64,000 nucleotides of DNA from Salinispira sp. (GCA_965226555.1 CBDDDG010000014.1:192001-256000); one strand, 5' to 3'. Positions 20,002 through 30,460 are shown, counted from the stretch's first letter. Numbers and translations are program-made. The notes: generated by a model not told the origin, from the sequence alone.

Positions 20002-20922
20002 ATGAACAATGAGTGTATTCTATTGAATGAAGATACGTATGAAGCGCTCAAAAAGATAGAAGATAAGAGGTTTGATTTAGTTATAACATCACCTCCGTAT
20101 AATGTCGGTAAAGAATATGAAACAAAAAAATCCATTGAGGAATATTTAAAGTCTCACAAAAGAGTTATACGTGAACTTGTTCGTGTTGTCAGTGATAAAG
20201 GACATATTTGCTGGCAAGTAGGAAACTATGTAGAAAAGGGTGAAGTTTTTCCGCTGGATATATTCTATTATCAGATTTTCAAAGAATTTAATGTGAAATT
20301 GAGAAATAGAATTATCTGGACATTCGGACATGGACTTCACGCATCAAAGAGATTTTCAGGAAGATACGAAACAATTTTATGGTTTTCTAAAAATGATAAT
20401 TATATATTCAATTTAGATTCTGTGAGAGTTCCATCAAAATATCCTGGCAAGAGACACTATAAAGGTGAGAAAAAAGGGCAGTTGTCAGGAAATCCCTTAG
20501 GAAAAAATCCTTCTGATATGTGGCATATTATAGAAAAGGATTGGACGAATGAAATATGGAACATTCCTAATGTAAAATTTAATCATCCGGAAAAAACGGA
20601 ACATCCCTGTCAGTACCCTGTTGAATTAGTAGAACGCTGTATTCTCGCTTTGACACATAAGGACAGTTGGATTTTAGACCCCTATTCCGGTGTCGGTTCT
20701 ACTGTTATAGCAGGTCTGAAAAATGGAAGAAATGTCATAGGAATTGATAAGGAAAAGAAATATACTGAAATAACGAATGAAAGAATTACCCGTTTAGAAC
20801 AAGGTACACTAAAATTGCGTCCAATAACCAAGAACGTGTATCAACCAACAGGAGCTGAAAAAATTTCCCGGTATCCGGAAGAGTGGAGACAAGATATAAA
20901 AGATGAAAATAAGCCCGTGTGA
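20002..20922 (+). CDS. N4-cytosine/N6-adenine DNA methyltransferase (beta class) of a type II R-M system
   Basis: TSPPY, HPCQYP, LDPYSGVGST; low GC; last codons supplied by IS982. Confidence 0.9.
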   Translation: MNNECILLNEDTYEALKKIEDKRFDLVITSPPYNVGKEYETKKSIEEYLKSHKRVIRELVRVVSDKGHICWQVGNYVEKGEVFPLDIFYYQIFKEFNVKLRNRIIWTFGHGLHASKRFSGRYETILWFSKNDNYIFNLDSVRVPSKYPGKRHYKGEKKGQLSGNPLGKNPSDMWHIIEKDWTNEIWNIPNVKFNHPEKTEHPCQYPVELVERCILALTHKDSWILDPYSGVGSTVIAGLKNGRNVIGIDKEKKYTEITNERITRLEQGTLKLRPITKNVYQPTGAEKISRYPEEWRQDIKDENKPV

Positions 20923-21906
20923 GGGTTTTTTGTGTAGTGGCTTGAAAAAAGAGCACCCCTTCCCGTAAAGTATTAAAAAAACCTTACACCAAACGGGAGG
21001 GAAAGGTGCTCAGAGAGGATTTTATCATAGAAATATTCTGTATGATAAGTGATTGGATGAAAATGAATAAAAATAGTATGGAACGGTTGCGATCACGCGG
21101 GCCGAAACCAAAACTTGGCGATGATGAGGTGTTAACCATGGGAATTGTTGGTGAGTTTTTCGGTATTGATACCGACAAAGGTATTCATCGGTATTTTGTC
21201 GAGCATTGGAGAACTCTCTTTCCACATATTGGACATCGGACGGCCTATGTCCGTCAATCAGCGCATCTCTGGGGGATTAAACAGGAACTTCACAAATACA
21301 TCACGCAAACATTGATCTCACAGAGTGCTCCGGTCTATTGCGTTGACGGATTTCCTCTGCCCCTGTGTAATTTCCGCAGAGCGAATCGTTGCAGACTATT
21401 CAAAGGTCAGGCATCGTATGGATTTTGCGCGGCAAAAAACATGCATTATTATGGGTTTAAGGGACATATTCTGATAACCGCCGATGGGCTGATTATCGAC
21501 TATACTCTTACCCCTGCGAATGTCGATGAGAGAGAAGCGGCGGAAGATTTCTGTAACAGTATGCAGGGAATACTTTTAGGCGATAAGGGATACATTGGCA
21601 AAGCGCCGTTCTTTGCGGAACACAATATCGCACTTGAAACACCCGTGAGAAAAAATATGAAACAGATACACAGCCCTGAGCAGATGAGCTGGATGATGAA
21701 TACCCGAAGAATAATTGAAACGGTTATCAGCCAGTTATCAGAACGATTTCATATTCAAAAAATACGGGCGCGGGATATATGGCATTTCACATCCCGATTA
21801 TGGAGAAAACTCCTCGCTCACACTATGGCAGTGTATTTGTGTAAAAAGCATTGCAATTCATGGTTAGAATTTAGACATTTATGCGGTTAAAACCCTCACA
21901 CGGGCT
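20912..21906 (+). mobile_element. IS982-family insertion sequence, 995 bp
   Basis: Perfect 18-bp TIR AGCCCGTGTGAGGGTTTT; 6-bp duplication AAAATA at 20906-20911 and 21907-21912. Confidence 0.92.
21006..21890 (+). CDS. IS982-family transposase
   Basis: GYCAAK-like YGFCAAK, YYGFKGH, ANVDER, LGDKGY, RRIIETVISQL. Confidence 0.92.
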   Translation: MLREDFIIEIFCMISDWMKMNKNSMERLRSRGPKPKLGDDEVLTMGIVGEFFGIDTDKGIHRYFVEHWRTLFPHIGHRTAYVRQSAHLWGIKQELHKYITQTLISQSAPVYCVDGFPLPLCNFRRANRCRLFKGQASYGFCAAKNMHYYGFKGHILITADGLIIDYTLTPANVDEREAAEDFCNSMQGILLGDKGYIGKAPFFAEHNIALETPVRKNMKQIHSPEQMSWMMNTRRIIETVISQLSERFHIQKIRARDIWHFTSRLWRKLLAHTMAVYLCKKHCNSWLEFRHLCG

Positions 21907-22587
21907 AAAATAGAGAAAACATACTCACACCTAAACGGTGAATAATTTCTGTTAGTTCATAAAAAGAAACTGTATGATGAACTTATGGAAGTTATTTCCT
22001 TAGTTAGTGCAAAAAAATGTAGAACAAAAACCAGTAAGGAAATAAAGAGAAGGGGTCAAAAATTATATAGCCCCATCAGTTTGAATAAAGAGTTTAACCG
22101 ATTGTTTCGTGAAAGAAAATGGTACGAAGACAGATACAACTATCAGATAACTCTTAATCGGGAATTGATTGAGCAATCAATTCTCATGTCTTCAAAGGAA
22201 CAAAAGGAATTTCTTGAAAGTAAGGGTGAGACGCCAATCTATTCCTATAATCAAACAGATTTTGTAAAAGATAAATTAGCAGTAGAGGTTCAGTTCGGAA
22301 AGTATGCCTTTGTCGCATTTGATTTATTTGTAAAACATATGCTGTTCTATTCCGGTAATAAAATTGATGTAGGAATAGAAATACTTCCCACAAAAGAGAT
22401 GACGAAGAAAATGTCATCCGGCATAGGATATTTTGAAGGTGAAGTATATAACCTCATGCGGCAAGGGAGAACAAGTCCGCCTGTTCCCCTGTTCATAATC
22501 GGTATTGAACCCTGAAATTATTCATATTTCAAGAAAAACCTCACACGGAGCATTGTTCCGGGGAGCATTGAGGATGATGCAAAGAAA

Positions 22588-23409
22588 TTATGTGCTGAGC
22601 ATTCTCATAGTATCTGCAGGGAATTCACCGAGTTGCCCCGGCGGATTCAGGGCGTTGATAAATCCAATGAGCCAGCCGGGCTTTATATCGCGCCAGTGTA
22701 ATGTCCGGGGATGGAGCAGCCCGTCCTGAATGAGCCGTTCCCGGCGGCAGCCTGCGAGGAGATAAGTATTTGGCGTGAGCAGGATATTGTCCGGGCTTCG
22801 CAGATACACATTCGTAAAGGTGCCATCGCTGAGAAAACCGTTTTTCGTTATGATGATCTCATCGCAGCGGGGAAAGCGCTTTCTCAGGTCATCAAAGACC
22901 CTCCGGTCGGCATATTTCAGCGGGTAGCATGCGGTGGGAATGTCGATTATGCCGATTGTTTTCAGTGTGCGGGGAGTAAATGGCTCGGCTGTTATGGATG
23001 ATATTTTCCCGTTCCCCTCGTAGATCATACGGCACCGCCATGTATGTTGCTCCGGCGGAATCGTCATGCCTGCCTGAGCGGCGGCCTGAGCCCGAGGCAT
23101 GGCAGTATCCACGGATGCTATCAGCAGCTGAGCAAAGTCCTGAATTGTACGCGGCGATTTTTCTGCGCGGCGATTGGAAGGCGGGGTTGCGCTGCGATGA
23201 TGGCGGTTAGCACCGCGATCTGGCGATTCTGCGCGATTCACGGTTGAGAGATAGCGCGCATAGTGTTCCTCCAACAAGGGAATGTGCTCATTTCCCTGAA
23301 CAAGAATGGTTTCAATAAACTTTTGCATTGATAAGGTTTTTCCGGTAACATCCTTCCCGGGCGAATCCGGTATCATAGGGTTGTCCTTTCGGGTGTTAGT
23401 ATAAGCCAT
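22588..23409 (-). CDS. pabC: Aminotransferase class IV / 4-amino-4-deoxychorismate lyase
   Basis: FIETI, YPLKYADR, DEIIITKNG, LLAGCRR, INALN; true start probably 23376 or 23328. Confidence 0.75.
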   Translation of the reverse strand: MAYTNTRKDNPMIPDSPGKDVTGKTLSMQKFIETILVQGNEHIPLLEEHYARYLSTVNRAESPDRGANRHHRSATPPSNRRAEKSPRTIQDFAQLLIASVDTAMPRAQAAAQAGMTIPPEQHTWRCRMIYEGNGKISSITAEPFTPRTLKTIGIIDIPTACYPLKYADRRVFDDLRKRFPRCDEIIITKNGFLSDGTFTNVYLRSPDNILLTPNTYLLAGCRRERLIQDGLLHPRTLHWRDIKPGWLIGFINALNPPGQLGEFPADTMRMLST

Positions 23410-23570
23410 TTTAGCTTAACATTATGCGTCAAACGGTTTCTGCAATATTCATGAAAACTTTTTCTTTCTGATGTGTTTGTATTGATTTTTATAACCGCAT
23501 ATATGTATATTTAAGCAAGTTATCATAACTCATCCCTTTTCCAATTTTAGAAAAAAAAGGAGAAGTAGTT

Positions 23571-23633
23571 ATGAATGACGTTACTTTAACGTTATTGCTA
23601 CTAATTATACTAGTAGTGGTAATGAAAATATGA
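23571..23633 (+). CDS. Candidate 20-aa hydrophobic peptide
   Basis: AAGGAG SD, then MNDVTLTLLLLIILVVVMKI*. Confidence 0.4.
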   Translation: MNDVTLTLLLLIILVVVMKI

Positions 23634-24080
23634 ATCTATGCCTTGAGCATGATAATTGATTGAAAGCATGCTCCAATGCATGCAGAAACTTAGAAAACTT
23701 TTGCTCCATGCAAAGGTAACACCACAGATAATATAAAGATAATTTTTTCCAATACTACAAATGAAATGAAGAGAAGGTTTTGCATTTTACAAACCTTTCT
23801 ACAAAATGAGAGAATGCAAAGCAATGAGCATTCGTGAATATTGATTTAATAAGTTTTGCCTATTGTTGGCAAACAAGATGACAAATCCGCCTTCCTTCAA
23901 GATGGCGGATTTTTTAATCCTCAGCCTTTAGTCCGTGGAGTGATTCATGCCCTACAAAGTGTGGAGTACTGGTATTGCTCCCAGTACATAAAAATGCCCT
24001 CGGAATGTCTCAGGAGGTTTTCACTTCGGTTTGTTTTCCGTTCAGTCCTCTATTTCTGATTGTACTGTGCCATATTCGTT

Positions 24081-24299
24081 TTAACATTCTACAGAAACAC
24101 CTTCTGTAACAATCTGGGTGTAATGCATTTGTAACCGATACTTTCGCCCATCCTCCTTCTCATGCCATACTACTGATACCATGTCGCCACTTATATTTTC
24201 TATCTTACATGGCCTAAATCCGATTGTTGGAATACATAAATTTATACAATCACCCAGTTCTTCTTTTGCCTTAAGATACACAATAAACGCTTTTTTCAT
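24081..24299 (-). CDS. Hypothetical 72-aa protein
   Basis: AGGAGA SD upstream; plausible globular composition. Confidence 0.55.
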   Translation of the reverse strand: MKKAFIVYLKAKEELGDCINLCIPTIGFRPCKIENISGDMVSVVWHEKEDGRKYRLQMHYTQIVTEGVSVEC

Positions 24300-24472
24300 A
24301 ATTTTCTCCTATAAAAGGTCAATTATTATACATAAAGGGAAGCTCTGGAAACACGGGTATTTCACACTGCATAGCGGAAATAGCGTTTTTTTAAGCTCCA
24401 CTGTGCTATAGTATCGTCAAAAAATTCGTTTGTGTCAAGCACTTTTTCTCTTTTGTGTGGGATATAAACCTT

Positions 24473-25695
24473 TGAGCTGACCCCTCCTCCCCAGTGTAAA
24501 ACGAAGGTTATTCGTATACACTGGGGGTTGTATAAAACATAAAAGGAGGGAAACAGTGAACAGCAGTATCACATATTCTCAGTATCATCTCAAGTCTCGG
24601 AAGTATCAGGCGGCTTCGATGTATGATTGGCGGTTGCGGATGGTTCGGTATGCCCAAGAGCATTCGATCAAGGCGGCGGTTAGAGAGTTCGAGGTGTCGC
24701 GCAACACGGTGCGGAGGTGGGTTCGGCGCTTTGAAATCCGGCGAGGGTCTTGAAGACAAGAAGCGGGGCACGACCAATCATCCGATGAAGATGAAATTCG
24801 GGCACCGGTGTCATCTGGAGAGTCTTGTCCAGACCAAGGTGCAGAATCACAACAAAATCATTGGAACTCAGGTGCAAAAGCAGTTGCAGACGGAAGTTGG
24901 CGGGAAGTACAGCCTGCCGACGATTATCAAGACGCTAAAGCAGATAGGGGCGCGGAAAACAAAGAAGCCGAAGGCGCTACCCAAGAGAGATTTGCGGGAG
25001 GTAACCGACAGGATGAAGTTTGGCGAGTGCATTCAGATTGATATCAAGTATCTGACGGACATTCCCGCTATGCGGTTTTCTCAGAAGTGTTTAGACGTTC
25101 CGAAGTACCAGATAACTGCCCGGGATCGGGCGACAGGGGCTCTGTGGTACGCCTTTGCCAATGAGAAGAGCAGTATGGTAACAACCTTGTTCGCCGAGTA
25201 CCTGCTGGAGCACCTGCGGAATCATGACGGAGACCTTGCCAAGGACATAACGGTTCAGACCGATAACGGGGCAGAGTTCACCGTTCGACATCTGAGCAAA
25301 ACCCGAACATCGGGGTTTGAGCAGGCGCTCATACAGGCGGGTGTCGAGTATCGGCGTATTCCGCCCGGGCATTGCACATGGAACAGTTCTGTCGAGTCCT
25401 CGCACCGGCTCATTGAGGATGAGTTCTACAGTCAGGTGATGAATCCAAAGCTCAATGAGTTTCTTAAGGAAGCCGAGGAGTATCAGATAGATTTCAATTA
25501 CCGGCGGTTCAACACCTACCGCAAAGGGACTCCGCTGGATCTTTTGAGGCAGCGGAATACCGATGTGGATAGTGATATTCTCCGGCTCAAGCCGATCATA
25601 ATGGAGCAACGGCTCACACGACCGACGCTTGAGCGATGGAGGGCTTGGCACTCGGAAGAAATGATCGCATAATAGGTCAAAGTGGGGTCTGTTCA
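24473..25695 (+). mobile_element. IS481/IS3-like insertion sequence, 1223 bp
   Basis: Ends TGAGCTGACCCC / GGGGTCTGTTCA; 6-bp duplication AACCTT at 24467-24472 and 25696-25701. Confidence 0.88.
24556..25672 (+). pseudogene. HTH plus integrase-core (rve) transposase with a frameshift near 24735
   Basis: HTH (AAVREFEVSRNTVRRWV) in one frame; QIDIK, QTDNGAEF and VESSHR in the +1 frame. Confidence 0.8.
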
Positions 25696-25871
25696 AACCT
25701 TAATATCCCAAGATAATAAATTTACTATCCTTCTTTTTGTTTTCATTCTTTCTGTATAAATGATAGTGGCGGGTTCTGTCAAACGGTCAATGTGGCGCGC
25801 TTATGGTTTATTTTCCACTGTGGCGTCAAAAAGGACTTGAAATTATTCAATTATAGTATGATATTATAAGC

Positions 25872-26432
25872 ATGGAAACTCTTAGCATTATCCAGCTCAT
25901 GTTCGCATTTGGAGTTTTTACACTGCTGAACATAGTAATTGCTCTTATTATACGGCCGTCTCAAAAGCAGTTTGATGAAACCCGGGCGGAAAACAGGGAA
26001 TCCATACAGGAATTGAAAACAGAAAACCGAGAATTCAGGGAAACAATACAGGAATCTCTGAAGCTGTCTCAAAAGCAGTTTGATGAAACCCGGGCGGAAA
26101 ACAGGGAATCCATACAGGAATTGAAAACAGAAAACCGAGAATTCAGGGAAACAATACAGGAATCTCTGAAGCTGTCTCAAAAGCAGTTTGACGATTTCAA
26201 AACAGAAACCAGAGAATCCATACAGGAATTTAAAACAGACACCAGAGAATCCATACAGGAATTTAAAACAGAAACCAAAGAATCCATACAGGAATCTCAA
26301 AAGCAGTTTGATGATTTCAAAACAGAAACCAGAGAATCCATACAGGAAATAAAAGGGGAAATGCGCGATCTAAAGGCCGACAACCGAGACATTAAACGTG
26401 GTCTGGATCATCTTATAGAAACTTTTGCATAG
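25872..26432 (+). CDS. Membrane-anchored coiled-coil repeat protein (Bdr-like architecture)
   Basis: N-terminal TM; 108-bp duplication and 33-bp FKTETRESIQE repeats; stop codon lies in a hairpin repeat. Confidence 0.7.
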   Translation: METLSIIQLMFAFGVFTLLNIVIALIIRPSQKQFDETRAENRESIQELKTENREFRETIQESLKLSQKQFDETRAENRESIQELKTENREFRETIQESLKLSQKQFDDFKTETRESIQEFKTDTRESIQEFKTETKESIQESQKQFDDFKTETRESIQEIKGEMRDLKADNRDIKRGLDHLIETFA

Positions 26433-26712
26433 GAAAATTGCGCTTGCGCAATTTCCAGTAGCAAAAGTTTCCAATGAGGATTCTCTCATTCATATTCTTG
26501 ATTCTCCCAAGGTATGGAGAGTTTTGCCTCCGGCAAAACTTTGTCATGTTTTCATTAATTGCCCGTACTGACCATGAGCTTCAACTTTCGGGAGAAATTC
26601 ACCATCCGCCGAAGAAAAAATCAGAAAGGGTATCCGGGTAAATAAAACAACAATTATAGAAACTTTTGCATTGGAAAATTGTGCTTGCACAATTTCCAGT
26701 AGCCAAAATTTC
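26418..26712. repeat. Two hairpin repeat clusters (26418-26545 and 26659-26712)
   Basis: Includes the compensatory variant AATTGCGC-TT-GCGCAATT. Confidence 0.8.
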
Positions 26713-26732
26713 TCCCTGAATGAGACGAAACA

Positions 26733-28043
26733 TTAACCGCCGCCCCGTATGTGTGGGAATACTGGCAGGGAAATTTTGTTCTTGAGTTCTTCATACTCCT
26801 CTTTCTCATTGCTGTACACTGTTATGCCGCCGCCGCTTCGGAAAAAATAACGCAGGGGCTGCCGCGCCCCGAGCTGTTGCCGCGCATCTGCTTGTGCTAC
26901 CCCGGGCTGCCGCGCATCTGCTTGTGCTGCCCCGAGCTGTTGCCGCGCATCTGCTTGTGCTGCCCCGGGCTGTTGCCGCGCATCTGCTTGCACTGCCTCG
27001 GGCTGCAGCCCCCCAAGCTGCTGCCGCGCCTCAATAAAACGGATAAGGACAGTCGATTCCAGTTCTTTTCCATCAAATATACCGGCAACACCGCAGTAGT
27101 AGTTTCGGGGAGCAAGCAGGGAATCGGTGGTTATTTTTGCTTCGGCATCTCTGATAATACGGCAGGTTTCACGTTTCGGCGCGCCGCTTACTGAGCCGGC
27201 AGGGAGAAGTTCCGCAAATATATCACCGATATGATCTTTCCAGTTAGGGGGAAGGTCGGCACGTATGCGGCTCGATACCTGCAGAAGTTTTTTTCCGTAC
27301 AATTGAATAAGGCTCACTGCGCGGAATTCTTCAACCGCTATGTTGCTGCCGACCCTGCCGAGATCATTACGAAGAAGATCGACAACGGTAATGTGTTCGG
27401 CATGCTCTTTTTCATTATTCAGAAGCGCACGTTTTGCATCATCTACAGTACCGCCCCCGGTAAACACGGCGCTCCCCTTTATCGGGAAGGTATAGATTTT
27501 ATTTCGGAAAGTACGCACAAATGTCTCAGGGCTGAAAACCAGTATCTCCGTGGGCAGCCGAATGTCTTTTGGAGCTTCGGAAGATTTTGTGAGCAGATGG
27601 GGCTTCATCCACAGCACATATGGGGCATTGAGAAAGGGCAGATACTGCCGCAACGGCGATGCCCGATCAGCCGAGCCCGCGCCATCCGTTGCGCCCGCAT
27701 CCAGATAATTGAGGGAGAGCTCGGTGGGGCAGGTCAAATTTGCAAGAACAGAGTTTCCCCTTCGTTGCTCATCCTGCACATGGGCAAATCCCTTCGAATA
27801 ATTCAGGCTTGATACAAATGAAGGATTTAGGGTAATGTTTCTGTTCAGACTGTGTGAACAGAAATTGCCATGATCCCTGAAGCGGAAACAGATTGAATTG
27901 CTGTCAATTTCACTCAGGGGCTGCACGACAGGATGCTGCATTTCAAAATCGATGACAAAGAAAAAGGATTTTCTCTGTCTGCCGAGATGGTTCATTTCTG
28001 CGATCCATGTATCATTCATAGCATCAGATATGTCCGGGATCAT
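26733..28043 (-). CDS. pabB: Aminodeoxychorismate synthase component I
   Basis: SPETF, PIKG, KEHAEHITVVDLLRNDL, LPAGSVSGAPK, RSGGGIT; Gln/Ala repeat insert; start approximate. Confidence 0.88.
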   Translation of the reverse strand: MIPDISDAMNDTWIAEMNHLGRQRKSFFFVIDFEMQHPVVQPLSEIDSNSICFRFRDHGNFCSHSLNRNITLNPSFVSSLNYSKGFAHVQDEQRRGNSVLANLTCPTELSLNYLDAGATDGAGSADRASPLRQYLPFLNAPYVLWMKPHLLTKSSEAPKDIRLPTEILVFSPETFVRTFRNKIYTFPIKGSAVFTGGGTVDDAKRALLNNEKEHAEHITVVDLLRNDLGRVGSNIAVEEFRAVSLIQLYGKKLLQVSSRIRADLPPNWKDHIGDIFAELLPAGSVSGAPKRETCRIIRDAEAKITTDSLLAPRNYYCGVAGIFDGKELESTVLIRFIEARQQLGGLQPEAVQADARQQPGAAQADARQQLGAAQADARQPGVAQADARQQLGARQPLRYFFRSGGGITVYSNEKEEYEELKNKISLPVFPHIRGGG

Positions 28044-28100
28044 GAAGTCTGAAAAATAACACAAACTTTTCCCTTGCTGCAAGGGGTTCGCGGAGCATAT

Positions 28101-29195
28101 GTGCTGACACGCTATACGACTTCAAAGAATGGACGGCCGGTGAAACAGGCGGAAATATATACTCAAAAAGAGCACGGCATAGGCTCGTCTCAGCTCGATG
28201 CCGATGCGGTCAAGGTCATTCTCCGCCTGCAGAATGCCGGCTACGAAGCCTATATTGTCGGCGGAGCTGTACGGGATATGCTGCTGCAGAAAATTCCGAA
28301 AGATTTTGATATTGCCACGAACGCCAGACCTTCCCGCATACGAAAGATCTTTCGAAATTCACGCATCATCGGTAAGCGTTTCCGGCTCGCCCATATTTTG
28401 TTCCATGGCGGTAAAATTATTGAGGTAAGTACCTTCCGCAGCGATCAAAACAATGCTTTCGGGAGTATTGAGGATGATGTTCACCGGCGCGATTTTTCCG
28501 TAAACGCGCTCTATTACGATCCTGTCCGCCGCCAGCTTCTGGACTTTGTTCATGGCCTGAAAGATTTACGGAAGGGACGCCTCCGCGCAGTTATTCCGCT
28601 GAATACAATTTTTGTTGAAGATTCAGTAAGAATTATTCGGGCTGTTAAGTACATGGTAAAGGCCAATTTGAAGGCCGATTTTCTGCTCAGCCAGCGTATT
28701 AAGCGCCAGAGCTGCCTATTGGAACAGGCCTCCAGTTCCCGAATTACTGAGGAAATATACAAAATTCTTGAAAGCGGCTATGCAATGTCGACTTTTGCCC
28801 TATTGTTCAGCTTCACAAGCATGAACTACATTCTCCCCGGGCTTTATAAGCCGCTCAAGCGAAATGAAAAGGGGGAAGGTCAGTTTCTGGATGATCTTGC
28901 CCGTCTGGACTCAATTTCGGAAAAAATCTCCGACCGCTCCGACCTCCTCTACTATCTCATCCGAAATTTTTTCATGAACCTTGCGCCATGGTCTCAAAAT
29001 GATCGGCTCCATTTTCCCGATGTCGTTTTTGACCTCAAGAAAACATTACAACCAATGGTTCCGGCAAATAAAGATATTGAAACTGCGGTAGCGGTACTCC
29101 TTCAGGAGCGGGGGCAGGGACCTGTCCATCGGAGGAGCCGTAGTAGCCACAGAAGGAGAAAACGGCGCAAAAAACATGCGCCGCAGTCTCGCTGA
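28101..29195 (+). CDS. pcnB: Poly(A) polymerase PcnB-like
   Basis: VGGAVRD, PKDFDIAT, IIGKRFRLAHI, RRDFSVNAL; GTG start at 28101 likely. Confidence 0.88.
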   Translation: MLTRYTTSKNGRPVKQAEIYTQKEHGIGSSQLDADAVKVILRLQNAGYEAYIVGGAVRDMLLQKIPKDFDIATNARPSRIRKIFRNSRIIGKRFRLAHILFHGGKIIEVSTFRSDQNNAFGSIEDDVHRRDFSVNALYYDPVRRQLLDFVHGLKDLRKGRLRAVIPLNTIFVEDSVRIIRAVKYMVKANLKADFLLSQRIKRQSCLLEQASSSRITEEIYKILESGYAMSTFALLFSFTSMNYILPGLYKPLKRNEKGEGQFLDDLARLDSISEKISDRSDLLYYLIRNFFMNLAPWSQNDRLHFPDVVFDLKKTLQPMVPANKDIETAVAVLLQERGQGPVHRRSRSSHRRRKRRKKHAPQSR

Positions 29196-29227
29196 ATGTA
29201 ATCAATCATGCTGAACGTAATCAGATA

Positions 29228-30427
29228 TCAAATATCCGCTATCTGATTACGAACAGCCTCAATTTTTTCCATAAAATTCCCGGCATCAAGCTGAAGAGAT
29301 ACATCGAAGTGTTCATTGGCCTGATCATAGTTTTCACTGGCAAAGGCGTTCAGACCGAGGGCATAGTACACAAGCGCATCGTTCTGACCCTTCTGAATGG
29401 CCGTGGTATAATTCTCATCGGCCAATTCATAATTGCCCAGATCATAATTGATGAGGCCAAAATAATAATAGGGAATGTAGCTTTCATCGTTACGCTCAAT
29501 GGCCTGGAGCAGAAAATTGGCGGCCTCATCCAACTGCCCGCTTTCATAGCGTTCTATGCCGGCTTCAATGAGTTCCGCATAGGTTCTGAGGGAACCAAGA
29601 TAGGCATACATATCGCTGAGAAATTCTTCGGTATTAATCCATTGGAAGGTTTTTTTGTATGCTCTCCATGAGTTTGTCTGGAGATCAGCTTCGGTATCCA
29701 AGCTGTTGAGCGCCTCCCAGATCATCCGGTTGTGATCTCTGTTGTCGGTGTTCAGGAGATAATGCACAATTCCCCAACTCTGCGGATAAAAGGTATTGAT
29801 ATTTTCCCGGGCATATTCAACATCGCTGGAAAGGAAGTCGGGTATGTTGAGGGGATTCATGCGCAGATCGCTGGGGAACAGGGTTCTGAAGGTTTCAAGC
29901 CATGTCAGGTTTTCATGAAAGGTGAGTTCACCGTTTTGAAACTGTAATTTTTCGAAATATGCCGCGAAGCCTTCACGCAGCCACAGTGGAGGGTTTTGTA
30001 TGAAGGCGCGGAAGAACTGCACAAAGACTTGCTGGGTAAAATTCTGATCAATGTTATTGCTGCGTATCATTGATCCCACTATTTCCGAGCGCTGCGCAGA
30101 ACTGCTGTGAAGATACACAGCATCATCCCGATGTTCATCAATAATTTCGGCAAGATATTCGTTAAAACCTCTGTCATTATCGAATATTCGAACTCTCAGG
30201 GGCTGTTCAAGCGCATGAGGAGAAAAACGGAAGAAATTAGCGAAGAATTCCATGTATGTATCGAGTATTGTGCCTATCTCCTGAGCATTTTTCAGGCTGA
30301 TGTATGATCGGACACGGTAATAATTACTCTCATAGTCGAAAAAATCCGGCTGTTCTGCACCATGAGCACATACCATTGTACCGATAATTAAAAAAACAAC
30401 AACAAAAAACAGTAGTAATGATCGCAT
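29228..30427 (-). CDS. Secreted TPR protein with a peptidase-MA/DUF1570-like N-terminal domain
   Basis: Signal peptide, PLWLREGFAAYFE, C-terminal TPRs. Confidence 0.7.
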   Translation of the reverse strand: MRSLLLFFVVVFLIIGTMVCAHGAEQPDFFDYESNYYRVRSYISLKNAQEIGTILDTYMEFFANFFRFSPHALEQPLRVRIFDNDRGFNEYLAEIIDEHRDDAVYLHSSSAQRSEIVGSMIRSNNIDQNFTQQVFVQFFRAFIQNPPLWLREGFAAYFEKLQFQNGELTFHENLTWLETFRTLFPSDLRMNPLNIPDFLSSDVEYARENINTFYPQSWGIVHYLLNTDNRDHNRMIWEALNSLDTEADLQTNSWRAYKKTFQWINTEEFLSDMYAYLGSLRTYAELIEAGIERYESGQLDEAANFLLQAIERNDESYIPYYYFGLINYDLGNYELADENYTTAIQKGQNDALVYYALGLNAFASENYDQANEHFDVSLQLDAGNFMEKIEAVRNQIADI

Positions 30428-30460
30428 AATTACGTTCTCCTAAGTACTATTATCGGCAGA

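Larger units (their letters stand above)
20903..22515 (+). pseudogene. BglII/BstYI-family restriction endonuclease, interrupted by IS982 and an in-frame stop
   Basis: Reconstructs as MKIEKTYSHLNGE*FLL... in frame with ORF 21985-22515; QTDFVKDKLAVEVQFGKY; TAA at 21943-21945. Confidence 0.85.

Noticed and set aside
23880..23950. IS200/IS605 right-end or omega-RNA remnant (CCTTTAGTCCGTGGAGTGATTCA after a hairpin)
   Set aside because: Short resemblance only; no tnpA/tnpB or left end nearby
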